IMG/VR virus record: IMGVR_UViG_3300026735_000004
Coordinates: 1 to 29,926 of that record
Direction: 5' to 3' (one strand)
Origin: a virus
Lineage: Duplodnaviria > Caudoviricetes
DNA length: 29,926 nt
Shown here: one piece after another, positions 19,940 through 28,176 of the stretch
How positions within the stretch are numbered: position 1 is the stretch's first letter
Layout of the letters: every line of letters starts with the position of its first letter
The notes under the pieces: generated by a model
What the model was told of the DNA's origin: nothing
Seen by the model: only the letters and a program-made list of their open reading frames with translations
Databases searched by the model: none
Made by a program: the position numbers and the translations under genes

Positions 19940-19968
19940 ATAATATCAAAAAAAGTTCACACTGTCAA
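19940..19968 (-). promoter_or_regulatory. Early promoter
   Basis: TTGACA-17-TATTAT with extended -10 TG. Confidence 0.8.
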
Positions 19969-19987
19969 GCATAAACTTTATTTTCAA

Positions 19988-20296
19988 TTATTCTTCGCCT
20001 TTCCATTGTTTGAAATCATCAGCTATATCTTGTGCAAAGCCCATAATGTCGTCAGCAGTGTATTCTGTAAGCTTATTCTCGTTACTTAAGTTAGCAAGTT
20101 CTCCTGCATAGTCTAAAGCCTTGTTACGGTCTTTGTCGTAGCTTTCACCCTCTTTCTTGCCAGCTCTCACTAGATACTTTAATACCTGCATTGTATACCA
20201 GCCTGCAAGCTCTTCATAGTTAAAATGATGTTTAAAGTATTCGTTAAGTTCCATACCGTATTCATTGGCATAGTGCTTATTTGTACCATAATTCAT
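19988..20296 (-). CDS. sav: SaV-like protein (AbiV-interacting, DUF3310-like)
   Basis: NKHY...VLKYLVRAGKK...DRNKALDY motif; early-region position. Confidence 0.78.
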   Translation of the reverse strand: MNYGTNKHYANEYGMELNEYFKHHFNYEELAGWYTMQVLKYLVRAGKKEGESYDKDRNKALDYAGELANLSNENKLTEYTADDIMGFAQDIADDFKQWKGEE

Positions 20297-20415
20297 TAGA
20301 TGTTACCCCCAATCCATGCAATAAGCAACGTCGCAAGCATACCTATCCAAGTGATAGCGATAAGTGTAAGGCCGACACCTGCAACCATCATTAAAGTTTT
20401 TACTGTATCTTTCAT
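20296..20415 (-). CDS. Small membrane peptide (39 aa, MKDTVKTLMMVAGVG...)
   Basis: RBS GAGGAG, hydrophobic, TAATG coupling to sav. Confidence 0.75.
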   Translation of the reverse strand: MKDTVKTLMMVAGVGLTLIAITWIGMLATLLIAWIGGNI

Positions 20416-20440
20416 TTTGTTCTCCTCTATTTATAACTCT

Positions 20441-20469
20441 ATTCTATCAAATTGCTTTTACTTTATCAA
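20441..20469 (-). promoter_or_regulatory. Early promoter
   Basis: TTGATA-17-TAGAAT with extended -10 TG. Confidence 0.7.
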
Positions 20470-20472
20470 ATA

Positions 20473-21360
20473 TTAACTGTTTTTAACCATAAATAATTTC
20501 TCATTTTCTTTGTTGCTTCTTCCACTTTGGAGAGTGCTGCGCGCTTTGTCAAAAGAATATACAGCTTCAAAGCGTTCATCTGAAATTGAATAACTTGAAA
20601 TTATCACGATGTTATTTTTAGCCATTACAAATGCCCAGTCATAAAACTCTTGACTATCGAATTGATTAATATAACCTTTTTGGTGACTTCCTTCATAAGG
20701 GGGGTCAAGATATAGAATAGCTCCAGAAACATCACTAAAAGCATGATAACTTTTGCTTGTAGCTTTTATTTTATTTAATTTTTGAAGTTGTTGAAGTCGT
20801 TGAAGTTGTTCAAGTCGTTCAAGTTGTTGAAGTCGTTGAAGTTGTTGAAGTTGTTTGTACTTTTCAATCGATCTCTTATATGTTTTGGTCTGTTTATAAC
20901 CACTAAAAACGTCATGCTTTTCAATTATTTCTTTAGCTAGATTATATTTTAAATCTGAAATTTCTTTAGAATATAAATAATCTCTCTTTTTATTACCGAA
21001 AGAGTTAATCAGCAACTTCAAAAAGTCATCTGTTGTCTTGTTTTCTTTCTCCTTAATCTCGGTAAACTCTGTACGTGAAACAATAAGGCTTTTAATCCAC
21101 TCACGGTCTTGAGAGATAACTCGTTCAAAAGCGTTGGTTATATCCTTGTCTAAGTCGTTATAATATACTTCTAAGCCATTTAAAATACATTCGGATGTAA
21201 TTGCTCCGCCTCCTCCGAAGATGTCGTATATCGGCTTGTCTGTGCCAAAGTTCTGTTTGATAATCTCAACTATTTTCTTGCTTATCTTTTTCTTGCTTCC
21301 TTGGTATGGTAATCCAATAGGTTTACCTTTTCTGATTTTCTTCTCGTCTAAACTAAGCAT
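20473..21360 (-). CDS. Orphan N6-adenine DNA methyltransferase (Dam/D12-like, alpha class)
   Basis: PYQGSK, DIFGGGG (motif I), YND and LYLDPPY (motif IV). Confidence 0.9.
   Translation of the reverse strand: MLSLDEKKIRKGKPIGLPYQGSKKKISKKIVEIIKQNFGTDKPIYDIFGGGGAITSECILNGLEVYYNDLDKDITNAFERVISQDREWIKSLIVSRTEFTEIKEKENKTTDDFLKLLINSFGNKKRDYLYSKEISDLKYNLAKEIIEKHDVFSGYKQTKTYKRSIEKYKQLQQLQRLQQLERLEQLQRLQQLQKLNKIKATSKSYHAFSDVSGAILYLDPPYEGSHQKGYINQFDSQEFYDWAFVMAKNNIVIISSYSISDERFEAVYSFDKARSTLQSGRSNKENEKLFMVKNS
20782..20853. repeat. 8 x 9-bp tandem repeat inside the methyltransferase
   Basis: TT(G/C)AAGT(T/C)G units encoding QLQ/RLQ/QLE/RLE. Confidence 0.92.
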
Positions 21361-21601
21361 TATTTATTGTCTTTCTAGTTTGGTAAAATTTATTCCAGTT
21401 TTCTATAAGTTCCAGCAACTTAGGTTCATCATATTCGGTAAATAGTTCAACCTGTGATGTAAACCAGCAGTGTAGACAGCGATCGCAACTATAACAGATG
21501 TTCACGTATCCTCTACAATCTTTGCAAACTCCTAAACCATTACTCATTGGTATATCGAAGCAGTGGCAATATCTTTTGTCATTAAAGTATTTTTGTTTCA
21601 T
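21353..21601 (-). CDS. Cys-rich hypothetical protein
   Basis: CHC, CKDC, CYSCDRCLHC; RBS GAAAGG. Confidence 0.75.
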   Translation of the reverse strand: MKQKYFNDKRYCHCFDIPMSNGLGVCKDCRGYVNICYSCDRCLHCWFTSQVELFTEYDEPKLLELIENWNKFYQTRKTINNA

Positions 21602-21638
21602 TGTTACCTTTCTAGTTTATTCTATACCTTATTATAAG

Positions 21639-21953
21639 CTATTTCTTTTTATTTATCAAGCGATAAGTCCCATAGACTACTAATAAAATAATTGTTATTA
21701 TAAATAGCGGTGGAATGAATACAGTTATCGCAAACCAAACAATAGATATTAAAGTATAGATCATGATTTTTAGTATTAATTTACCAGCAGGAGTTTCTTG
21801 AAAGGTTATATCCTCATCTAATGATGAATCATCTTCTTTCGAATTGCCGTAAAATATTTTGTCTTCATTTACTTCGTACTTGTTACCGCAATAATCACAT
21901 TTACCATTAGTGAAACTTGAAGACCCACAGGTTACGCATTGTATTAAAATCAT
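21639..21953 (-). CDS. Zinc-ribbon membrane protein
   Basis: CVTC...CDYC plus two C-terminal hydrophobic segments; RBS GGAGG. Confidence 0.78.
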   Translation of the reverse strand: MILIQCVTCGSSSFTNGKCDYCGNKYEVNEDKIFYGNSKEDDSSLDEDITFQETPAGKLILKIMIYTLISIVWFAITVFIPPLFIITIILLVVYGTYRLINKKK

Positions 21954-21985
21954 TTTATTACCTCCTTTCTTTAACTATATGTATT

Positions 21986-22014
21986 ATTATATCAAAAAAA
22001 CTCTAAGCTGTCAA
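21986..22014 (-). promoter_or_regulatory. Early promoter
   Basis: TTGACA-17-TATAAT with extended -10 TG. Confidence 0.92.
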
Positions 22015-22037
22015 GCCTAAAGTTTTTATTCTTAATA

Positions 22038-22547
22038 TTATTGTTCTTTCAATTTATTCTTGAACCAAATGATTCGTTCTTTGAACCAAGCGTCAACTCC
22101 TTCAGGACGTAGCCATTTACCTTGTTTAACTCCATTCTTTTCCATGAACTCAATCACTTTAGTTGGAGTTTCTGGTTCGTCCCACATATTATATTTTGCT
22201 GAATGGTATTTACTAAACATTTCAAGCGTTTCGATGTAGCTATCTTTCAGAAGTTCCGTATCAAGCAATTTTTGGGCTTTCTCAGCACGTTTAGCAAGTC
22301 GTTCGTTAGCTTGTTCCAGTTGTTCCTTTTGTCGCTGTAAGCTCAAATTATGGTTAATATAAGCAATTTGCTGTGCATGTCGTCCAAGTTTGCCTTGTGT
22401 ATTAAGCTCGATCAGTTTAGCCATTCCCTCGCCAAGAATTTCATCAGCCACAAAGTTATGTTTATATTTTTTATTTGTGTTGCGTACATAGTTGTCAAGC
22501 GTTTGTTTAATTTTAAGTTTTTTGTGTAGCTCTCTTAATGTTGTCAA
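22038..22547 (-). CDS. Conserved early protein with coiled coil
   Basis: 169 aa, TTG start overlapping upstream stop. Confidence 0.75.
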   Translation of the reverse strand: MTTLRELHKKLKIKQTLDNYVRNTNKKYKHNFVADEILGEGMAKLIELNTQGKLGRHAQQIAYINHNLSLQRQKEQLEQANERLAKRAEKAQKLLDTELLKDSYIETLEMFSKYHSAKYNMWDEPETPTKVIEFMEKNGVKQGKWLRPEGVDAWFKERIIWFKNKLKEQ

Positions 22548-22759
22548 TTTAATACTCCCTCATATATTTTACCAAACTTTAAAGCGTTAATTTTAACTAA
22601 CTGCTTCAATTCTGATATAAATTGCTGTTCTCCGTCAAAGTCAAATGGCATTGATACGTTTTCCTTGATCCAAGCGAAAGCTCCGTCAAAGTCTTGTCTT
22701 AATAAGCTCATTTTATCCACGATGTCGATAATTTGCTCTCTCTCTTCTTCTGTGTACAT
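22544..22759 (-). CDS. Conserved 71-aa early protein downstream of ssb (possibly bIL170 E14/P008 ORF38-like)
   Basis: RBS AAGGTGG; size and position; homology is from recall only. Confidence 0.65.
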   Translation of the reverse strand: MYTEEEREQIIDIVDKMSLLRQDFDGAFAWIKENVSMPFDFDGEQQFISELKQLVKINALKFGKIYEGVLN

Positions 22760-22771
22760 GTAACCACCTTT

Positions 22772-23131
22772 CTAGAAAGGAAGTTCTGATTCATCAACTT
22801 CAACAGGTTCAGAACCACCAAATAAGTCTTGTTTAGCTTGTGATTGACTACTATTATCATTAGTGATAAATACTTTTTCAACCGTAGGGAAAACAAAGTT
22901 ATAATTTACGTATTCTCCTGATTCCTTGGCTTGTACACGACCGCTGACCGTTACTGTGTCACCTAATTGAATGAAGTCAGGCAAGAAAGCCGAACCGTAC
23001 GCAACTTTTACGTTAGATCCCTTTTCTTTTTCAAATAATGGGACTGAAATAATTTTCTTATCGCCTTTTGCTGTACTTACTGTACGTGTATTTTTTTCAT
23101 TCGCTTGTGCTGTTACTGTGATGATTGCCAT
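22772..23131 (-). CDS. ssb: Single-stranded DNA-binding protein
   Basis: OB-fold-like GDTVTVSGRV, acidic tail ending ELPF, adjacent to sak. Confidence 0.9.
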   Translation of the reverse strand: MAIITVTAQANEKNTRTVSTAKGDKKIISVPLFEKEKGSNVKVAYGSAFLPDFIQLGDTVTVSGRVQAKESGEYVNYNFVFPTVEKVFITNDNSSQSQAKQDLFGGSEPVEVDESELPF

Positions 23132-23135
23132 TTAA

Positions 23136-23702
23136 TTATTCCCCTTTTTCTGTTTCTTGCTGTGCTAACCAAATCTTCATGATGTCGGTAATTTCTTTTT
23201 TAGTCTTATTTTTCAAGCTGTCAATATTTTGGTATCCTAGTTGTTCAGCTCGTTTTATAAGTGGCTGAATCTCTCTAAGTCGTTGTTTTTCTGCTTCCAG
23301 CTCTTTTTGTTCTTCTGTTAGAACTGGTAAATCTTCATTTGCATAAATATATAGCCCTAAACCATGACGAGCAATTGCCTTAACTAGTCCACGCTGAATG
23401 GCTTTATTTACGTCCATAGAAGTCAGTTTTTCAACTGGGATAGATTGGTTACGATAGTCCATTACAGGCAAGTATTCAATGTGCTCCAAGCCCTCAATAG
23501 TCATACCAACCTTAACCCATGCTGTGCGACCGTCTGTGTGATAATTTAACCCTTGTTCATTTTCATAAACTTTACTGTTAGCTTCAGGATATACTTTTTT
23601 AACTTCAGACCATGCATATGCCCAACTAAGATAATCTAAATTATTCTTTTTGCTTTTCTTATCATTTACATTAATAACGCTTAGTTCTTCAAATACACTC
23701 AT
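23136..23702 (-). CDS. sak: Sak3 single-strand annealing protein (Rad52-like, DUF1071)
   Basis: YLSWAYAW...NKAIQRGLVKAIARHGLGLYIY motif; start reset to ATG 23702. Confidence 0.88.
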   Translation of the reverse strand: MSVFEELSVINVNDKKSKKNNLDYLSWAYAWSEVKKVYPEANSKVYENEQGLNYHTDGRTAWVKVGMTIEGLEHIEYLPVMDYRNQSIPVEKLTSMDVNKAIQRGLVKAIARHGLGLYIYANEDLPVLTEEQKELEAEKQRLREIQPLIKRAEQLGYQNIDSLKNKTKKEITDIMKIWLAQQETEKGE

Positions 23703-23995
23703 TCGATAACCTCTTCTTTCCAACCTTGGCTTTTAAGCTCTGAGGCTTTTGTCAAATCAGATTCACTAGATAAATAAAACTCCGAAGCATACTTTTTTGA
23801 CAAAGTGTGAAAAGCATGCCCAAAGTAAAGTTTACCTTTCTCGCTTGCATGATTTGCTTCATTAAATTCTAAATACATTACTGACACTTTTTCCTTTGCT
23901 GTATCTGAATCTTTCTCTTTTTTAAGTTTTTCAGTAACTTTTTTCACAACTTCTTCTAGCTGTTTTTCATCAAATTTAATATTAATTGTTTCCAT
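23699..23995 (-). CDS. Hypothetical early protein
   Basis: 98 aa, RBS GAGGAG. Confidence 0.75.
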   Translation of the reverse strand: METINIKFDEKQLEEVVKKVTEKLKKEKDSDTAKEKVSVMYLEFNEANHASEKGKLYFGHAFHTLSKKYASEFYLSSESDLTKASELKSQGWKEEVIE

Positions 23996-24248
23996 TTACT
24001 CCTCTTTCTACAATGAAGACGTCGCCTTGTCTTGTAATTTCAATATTATATTTAAGCATAGGCAGGATCCAACCTTTACCCCAATAGCTCCATAATTCGC
24101 TTATCAAGCCATATAAGCACTCGTTAGGCTCTGCCCTATACTTTGTTTCGTTCATTTCCTCAAGCTCTTTAGATAGCTTTCTGACACCTCTAGCGTAATG
24201 TTTACTAGCTTTTTCTTCTGCCCTTAAACTTTTGTAGTTGCTTTTCAT
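23982..24248 (-). CDS. Hypothetical early protein (MKSNYKSLRAEEK...)
   Basis: Start shortened to ATG 24248 to avoid a long overlap; exact start uncertain. Confidence 0.6.
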   Translation of the reverse strand: MKSNYKSLRAEEKASKHYARGVRKLSKELEEMNETKYRAEPNECLYGLISELWSYWGKGWILPMLKYNIEITRQGDVFIVERGVNGNN

Positions 24249-24492
24249 ATATGAACTTTCTAATATCGTCTTTCTGCTGTTTTTCCTCTTTATCAGACCA
24301 ACTAACTTTTTGGCCTTTTCGCTTGCCACTTTGATAAACTCGTCTGTTATCATCAGGAAAGCCATTTTTTTCAAAGTACATTCTAGCATATTCAAAGTAA
24401 TTTAAGCTGTTGATGTACTGCTGACTATCCTTTTTGTGATAATTAAGAGTTATCAATCGTCTTTCAGCTAGTGATTCAAAAGATGTTATCAT
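24205..24492 (-). CDS. Hypothetical basic early protein
   Basis: 95 aa, ATGA coupling. Confidence 0.75.
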   Translation of the reverse strand: MITSFESLAERRLITLNYHKKDSQQYINSLNYFEYARMYFEKNGFPDDNRRVYQSGKRKGQKVSWSDKEEKQQKDDIRKFIYEKQLQKFKGRRKS

Positions 24493-24875
24493 ACTTCTTC
24501 TTCAACGAAACCTAAAGCTAACAAAGCTTTATATTCCTCGCTCCCTTCTTTAACTTCAAGAGCATCTTGCTCGAATTTTGTTAATTGTTTAGACTGTCCA
24601 GCATAATATAATGCAGTTCCTCCGCTACTATCAGAAAAGTTATAAAACTTAAATTTAGGTTCAATAACTTCATAACCGTTAATGACAGCTTCAACCATTT
24701 TCAATTGCTCGTAACACTCAAAAGCACTACTTGGACATTTATCGCCGCCTATCCAATTGTATCCATAACCAAAACGAGTAATGTGACAAAGCGCTCGTTT
24801 TTTGTTTATTTCATCTTCAAAGTTTCCAAAAGTTTCAAGATAATCAGCTTGTTTTTGCGTTAATTTAACTACCAT
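24489..24875 (-). CDS. Hypothetical early protein (weak DUF1642 resemblance)
   Basis: VKLTQKQADYLE...AVINGYEV pattern; RBS AAGGAG. Confidence 0.7.
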   Translation of the reverse strand: MVVKLTQKQADYLETFGNFEDEINKKRALCHITRFGYGYNWIGGDKCPSSAFECYEQLKMVEAVINGYEVIEPKFKFYNFSDSSGGTALYYAGQSKQLTKFEQDALEVKEGSEEYKALLALGFVEEEV

Positions 24876-24906
24876 TTGTTAGTTCTCCTTTATTTCTATA
24901 TATACT

Positions 24907-24935
24907 ATTATACCAAAATTAATTATCGTTGTCAA
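24907..24935 (-). promoter_or_regulatory. Early promoter
   Basis: TTGACA-17-TATAAT with extended -10 TG. Confidence 0.92.
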
Positions 24936-25198
24936 ATATTAGATGATATTTTTTTATTTATTTCTACTTTTAATTGTAATGCCCTAATCAATGCACGCTT
25001 AGAATAATCATTTTCGCAAGCTGCATGCAATTTTTTCGACTGTCTGACTAGAAATTCAGCACGTCCAAGCCATACTTTGAAAAGTTCGTCATTATGCCAT
25101 TCTGCTTTTACCATTTCATCTAATGCACGATATAACCAACCGTACACTTCAGCGTGTAAAATAATAGCTTTGTTCTTGTAGTCGTTCATTGAGTTCAT
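24932..25198 (-). CDS. Hypothetical early protein
   Basis: 85-88 aa; alternative start at 25189. Confidence 0.7.
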   Translation of the reverse strand: MNSMNDYKNKAIILHAEVYGWLYRALDEMVKAEWHNDELFKVWLGRAEFLVRQSKKLHAACENDYSKRALIRALQLKVEINKKISSNI

Positions 25199-25343
25199 TT
25201 TTTGCTCTCTCTATTAATTTAAAATCATCACTGTATAAAACAGGTTTTGAATATTGTTCATTCATGTTAAACCTTGAATAATAGTCATAGAAGTATTCAT
25301 TTACTTTTTCATGGTAATAAACAACGTATTTTTTATCACTCAT
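25149..25343 (-). CDS. Hypothetical early protein
   Basis: 64 aa overlapping the ATPase stop. Confidence 0.68.
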   Translation of the reverse strand: MSDKKYVVYYHEKVNEYFYDYYSRFNMNEQYSKPVLYSDDFKLIERAKNELNERLQEQSYYFTR

Positions 25344-26283
25344 TTTCTGTTACTTTTCCTTTCTCTTTAGCTAAGTCTAAGAAAGCCTGTGCCGATTCTT
25401 TCGTCGTTTCGATTGGAGTTTCAACCTTTACTTTTTCTATTAGTTCGCTATCAGGTTCTTTCTTATCTTGTTCGATTGATGTAAAAGCCGAGCCAACATA
25501 TCCCCAAAGAATCTCATTATTAAATGCAAAGTTTCTAGCAAATACTTTCATGATAGAATATCTGTTTTTAGTCTTACTATTAATTTTAGGCGACATAGTA
25601 AAGGCAACCTCATACCATGCTGGAATAGTCGTAGCTCCTAATATATGGCTCGGAATGATACGGAAGTCACGTTCTGTCAAAGATTGTTCGCCAGCTTGTT
25701 TTCTAGCATGTGCCACAATCATAAAGGTCACATACTTGTCGTGCTTCACATCTAAAGTATTTCTAAGGTTAGTGATTCCTCTTAGGACTTCTGCCATTGG
25801 TTGGTTTGCATTGATTACCTCATTGTCTTCTAATAAGTCTTTAAGAGGGTCTAAGATAACAAGTCCAATGTCTTTTTCTAGTATGAAGTTATATAGCTCT
25901 CTAAGCCCTACATTGTGCTTTTTCCCTTGGCTGTCATATTTCCATGTATCAAGTTTGAAAGCTCCACCATGTAAGAAATATAAGTTATCAGGACTATCTC
26001 TTCTTGAACCTTTCAAGCGTTGATGTTCTGTCAGTCTGCTATTCTCATTCTGAATAAATAACACGTTAGTTTTAGTTGTTTCTCTGCCAGCGAACGGTTC
26101 TCCTAGTGCCATTGCCTGCGCTAAATCTTGAGCTAGTGATGACTTCATACTCTTCTCACTACCTGTTATAAGACCAAGTGAACCTTTAGGCAAAATATCT
26201 TGTACATTCCAAAGCAAACCTCCTGCAAAGTCTTCTGATTCTTTAAGTTCTTTAGCTGTGCTTACTTTATCAAATAAATTCAA
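25336..26283 (-). CDS. RecA-fold/AAA_25-like ATPase (replication protein)
   Basis: LITGSEKSMKSS P-loop, VLFIQNE, LVILDP Walker B, IVAHARK. Confidence 0.8.
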   Translation of the reverse strand: MNLFDKVSTAKELKESEDFAGGLLWNVQDILPKGSLGLITGSEKSMKSSLAQDLAQAMALGEPFAGRETTKTNVLFIQNENSRLTEHQRLKGSRRDSPDNLYFLHGGAFKLDTWKYDSQGKKHNVGLRELYNFILEKDIGLVILDPLKDLLEDNEVINANQPMAEVLRGITNLRNTLDVKHDKYVTFMIVAHARKQAGEQSLTERDFRIIPSHILGATTIPAWYEVAFTMSPKINSKTKNRYSIMKVFARNFAFNNEILWGYVGSAFTSIEQDKKEPDSELIEKVKVETPIETTKESAQAFLDLAKEKGKVTENE

Positions 26284-26359
26284 TTTTCATGCCTCTCAAT
26301 TTATAATCTTTTTTTAATCCTACGACTAATGCCACCTGGTTTTTTCTCAATTTAGTCAC
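26270..26359 (-). CDS. Small basic peptide (29 aa, MTKLRKNQVALVV...)
   Basis: GTG start 6 nt after GGAGG; bridges two genes. Confidence 0.45.
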   Translation of the reverse strand: MTKLRKNQVALVVGLKKDYKLRGMKIEFI

Positions 26360-26573
26360 TAGTTACCTCCATTGGCTCTGATTCTACGCAATAAACTTTG
26401 AACGGCTTTTCTTCTTTTGCTCCATTTCCGAAAAATAGCTCCCATTGATAATTTAATAAAACACAAGTCTTAATAGCTTCGTGTTTTTTTGTATAAAGAG
26501 ATAATCGTTTTCCGCTATAATTTTTAGCCACTGTGTCTTTATCAGTTGTTAGTGCCACATAGTAAATTTTCAT
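26352..26573 (-). CDS. Hypothetical early protein
   Basis: 73 aa, RBS AAGGAG, downstream of promoter. Confidence 0.75.
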   Translation of the reverse strand: MKIYYVALTTDKDTVAKNYSGKRLSLYTKKHEAIKTCVLLNYQWELFFGNGAKEEKPFKVYCVESEPMEVTSD

Positions 26574-26595
26574 TTATTTCTCCTTTTCTTATATC

Positions 26596-26624
26596 ATGAT
26601 ATCAAATTATTTTATATTTGTCAA
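26596..26624 (-). promoter_or_regulatory. Early promoter
   Basis: TTGACA-17-TATCAT with extended -10 TG. Confidence 0.82.
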
Positions 26625-26664
26625 TACTTAATTCCATTTTTTTCTTGATTTAATCGTTTAGATA

Positions 26665-27357
26665 TTATTTGAACCAAGATAAATCAATTTCATTAGCTAA
26701 ATCAGCAATTTCTTTCAAGGCTTCTTCGTCTGTCATTCTTTTTAAATCACATTCTTTAAGTTTGCGTTCGATTTCATTAGCTGTTACAATCGCTTCTTCT
26801 AATGATTGAGTTCTAATAATATTTTTAGAAACTTGTTCTTGTTTAAGACGAAGTTTTTCTATTTCATCCGTTGTTTTGGGTTGTTCGTTATTTAATTTTT
26901 CTCTTATAGCGTCATCTTTTTTGCCATAAGTTTTTCTATAAATGATTTTTTCATATTCATCAGATGTCATTTTATTTGTTTTTGTGTTAAAGTTTTTCAT
27001 ATTTTCTCCATATTTTCTTCTAGCCCAACTTGCCAGTGATTTTTGATTAATGTTGTTTAAATATCTTTCGAAAGAATAAACTGTATGAAACTTTTGTTCA
27101 TACTCAACTTTATTTGTTTCTTTGTTTATTGAGTATTTAAATGCTCTATCATACATAAAATTTAAGTAATCTGTGTGTAAATCTCCCAGAAGTGAATCAT
27201 AATTGTCTCTTTTTTCTATTGTTTCTTTTGAAATTGCCTTACCTTTAGCTTTGCCTTTAGCTTTACCAACACGACATTTACGACCAGTCTCTTTATATTT
27301 ACATTTTGGGTTTTCTCCGTTACAATTAGAACAAAATTCTTGTTTAGGTCTAGCCAT
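26665..27357 (-). CDS. Origin-adjacent basic protein, putative replication initiator/DNA-binding protein
   Basis: 230 aa, N-terminal four-Cys cluster, GKAK repeats, own promoter, next to the origin repeats. Confidence 0.65.
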   Translation of the reverse strand: MARPKQEFCSNCNGENPKCKYKETGRKCRVGKAKGKAKGKAISKETIEKRDNYDSLLGDLHTDYLNFMYDRAFKYSINKETNKVEYEQKFHTVYSFERYLNNINQKSLASWARRKYGENMKNFNTKTNKMTSDEYEKIIYRKTYGKKDDAIREKLNNEQPKTTDEIEKLRLKQEQVSKNIIRTQSLEEAIVTANEIERKLKECDLKRMTDEEALKEIADLANEIDLSWFK

Positions 27358-27387
27358 TTTTTTACCTCCTTTCTTGATGATAAATTA

Positions 27388-27416
27388 ATTATATACTTTT
27401 ATTTTAGACTTGTCAA
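27388..27416 (-). promoter_or_regulatory. Early promoter
   Basis: TTGACA-17-TATAAT. Confidence 0.9.
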
Positions 27417-27500
27417 GAATAAAAATATTGTTCGGAAATAACTATTGTTTTTTATGCTTGTACATATTTATTGACATTTATTGTTCGGTTTTAGCTATTT

Positions 27501-27673
27501 TTTAATGTGCAAAAAAAACGTAGTAGAATATATTAACATTTAATTTGGTACACTAATAATTATTTTTCCGTACATTTTATTTTTCTTGTGTATTTAACAT
27601 CTTTAACTTTAATGTGCAAAAAAAACGTAGTAGAATATATTATATTTAATTTGGTACACTAATAATTATTTTT
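27501..27673. repeat. 67/66-bp direct repeats in AT-rich non-coding DNA; probable replication origin
   Basis: 27501-27567 and 27608-27673 nearly identical; resembles the described sk1 origin layout. Confidence 0.8.
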
Positions 27674-27815
27674 TTACGAGTTGGAAAGCTCTAAGTTATA
27701 AATCACCTAATCAATCAAACAATAAGCTAATTGTGCTTACTGATACCATACTTTACAAACAGGACACACAATGCACTTACTTTCTGCCACTTCTAGTCAA
27801 ATTGCGGTTAAGCGT

Positions 27816-27838
27816 AAAACAAAAGCCACTAAGGTGGC
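27816..27838 (-). terminator. Intrinsic terminator
   Basis: Minus strand GCCAC-CTTA-GTGGC-TTTTGTTTT just after a gene stop. Confidence 0.75.
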
Positions 27839-27857
27839 AATTATTTTTTAATATAAT

Positions 27858-28046
27858 TTATTTATTTTTCCCTAAATCAAAATGTATTGCCGGCTGATTG
27901 TTCCATAGTTCTAATGTTTCCTTGTCTACTTCTGACTGATTCATATATTCTCTGTTCATTCTAGCTCTTGTATTATCTACTTTAATTTTAATACGTTTCT
28001 TGTATTCCTGTTGTCGTAAGTACATCAGATATTTATCTCTAGCCAT
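27858..28046 (-). CDS. First early gene, hypothetical (62 aa, MARDKYL...)
   Basis: ATG 28046 with GGAGG RBS; own promoter and terminator. Confidence 0.75.
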   Translation of the reverse strand: MARDKYLMYLRQQEYKKRIKIKVDNTRARMNREYMNQSEVDKETLELWNNQPAIHFDLGKNK

Positions 28047-28063
28047 AGTCACCTCCTATAAAT

Positions 28064-28092
28064 AGTATAACACAAAATGCCTACAAAGTCAA
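28064..28092 (-). promoter_or_regulatory. Early promoter
   Basis: TTGACT-17-TATACT with extended -10 TG. Confidence 0.78.
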
Positions 28093-28138
28093 TCATAACT
28101 TACATAACAGAGGATAAACCAAACCTGAAAAGTGCATT

Positions 28139-28147
28139 TGATATAAT
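28139..28147 (+). promoter_or_regulatory. Middle-operon promoter (extended -10, no -35)
   Basis: TGATATAAT upstream of M-operon orf1. Confidence 0.75.
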
Positions 28148-28176
28148 ATATATATCAAGTTGAGAGAGGAAAGCAA

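Noticed and set aside
22630-22693. 13-bp direct repeat CTCCGTCAAAGTC
   Set aside because: Explained by the DFDG peptide occurring twice; no sign of an attachment or target site
25274-26023. 249-aa plus-strand ORF and other antisense ORFs (4625-5098, 10001-10450, 11755-12201, 12712-13392, 16258-16605)
   Set aside because: They mirror well-supported genes on the opposite strand and show no independent motifs
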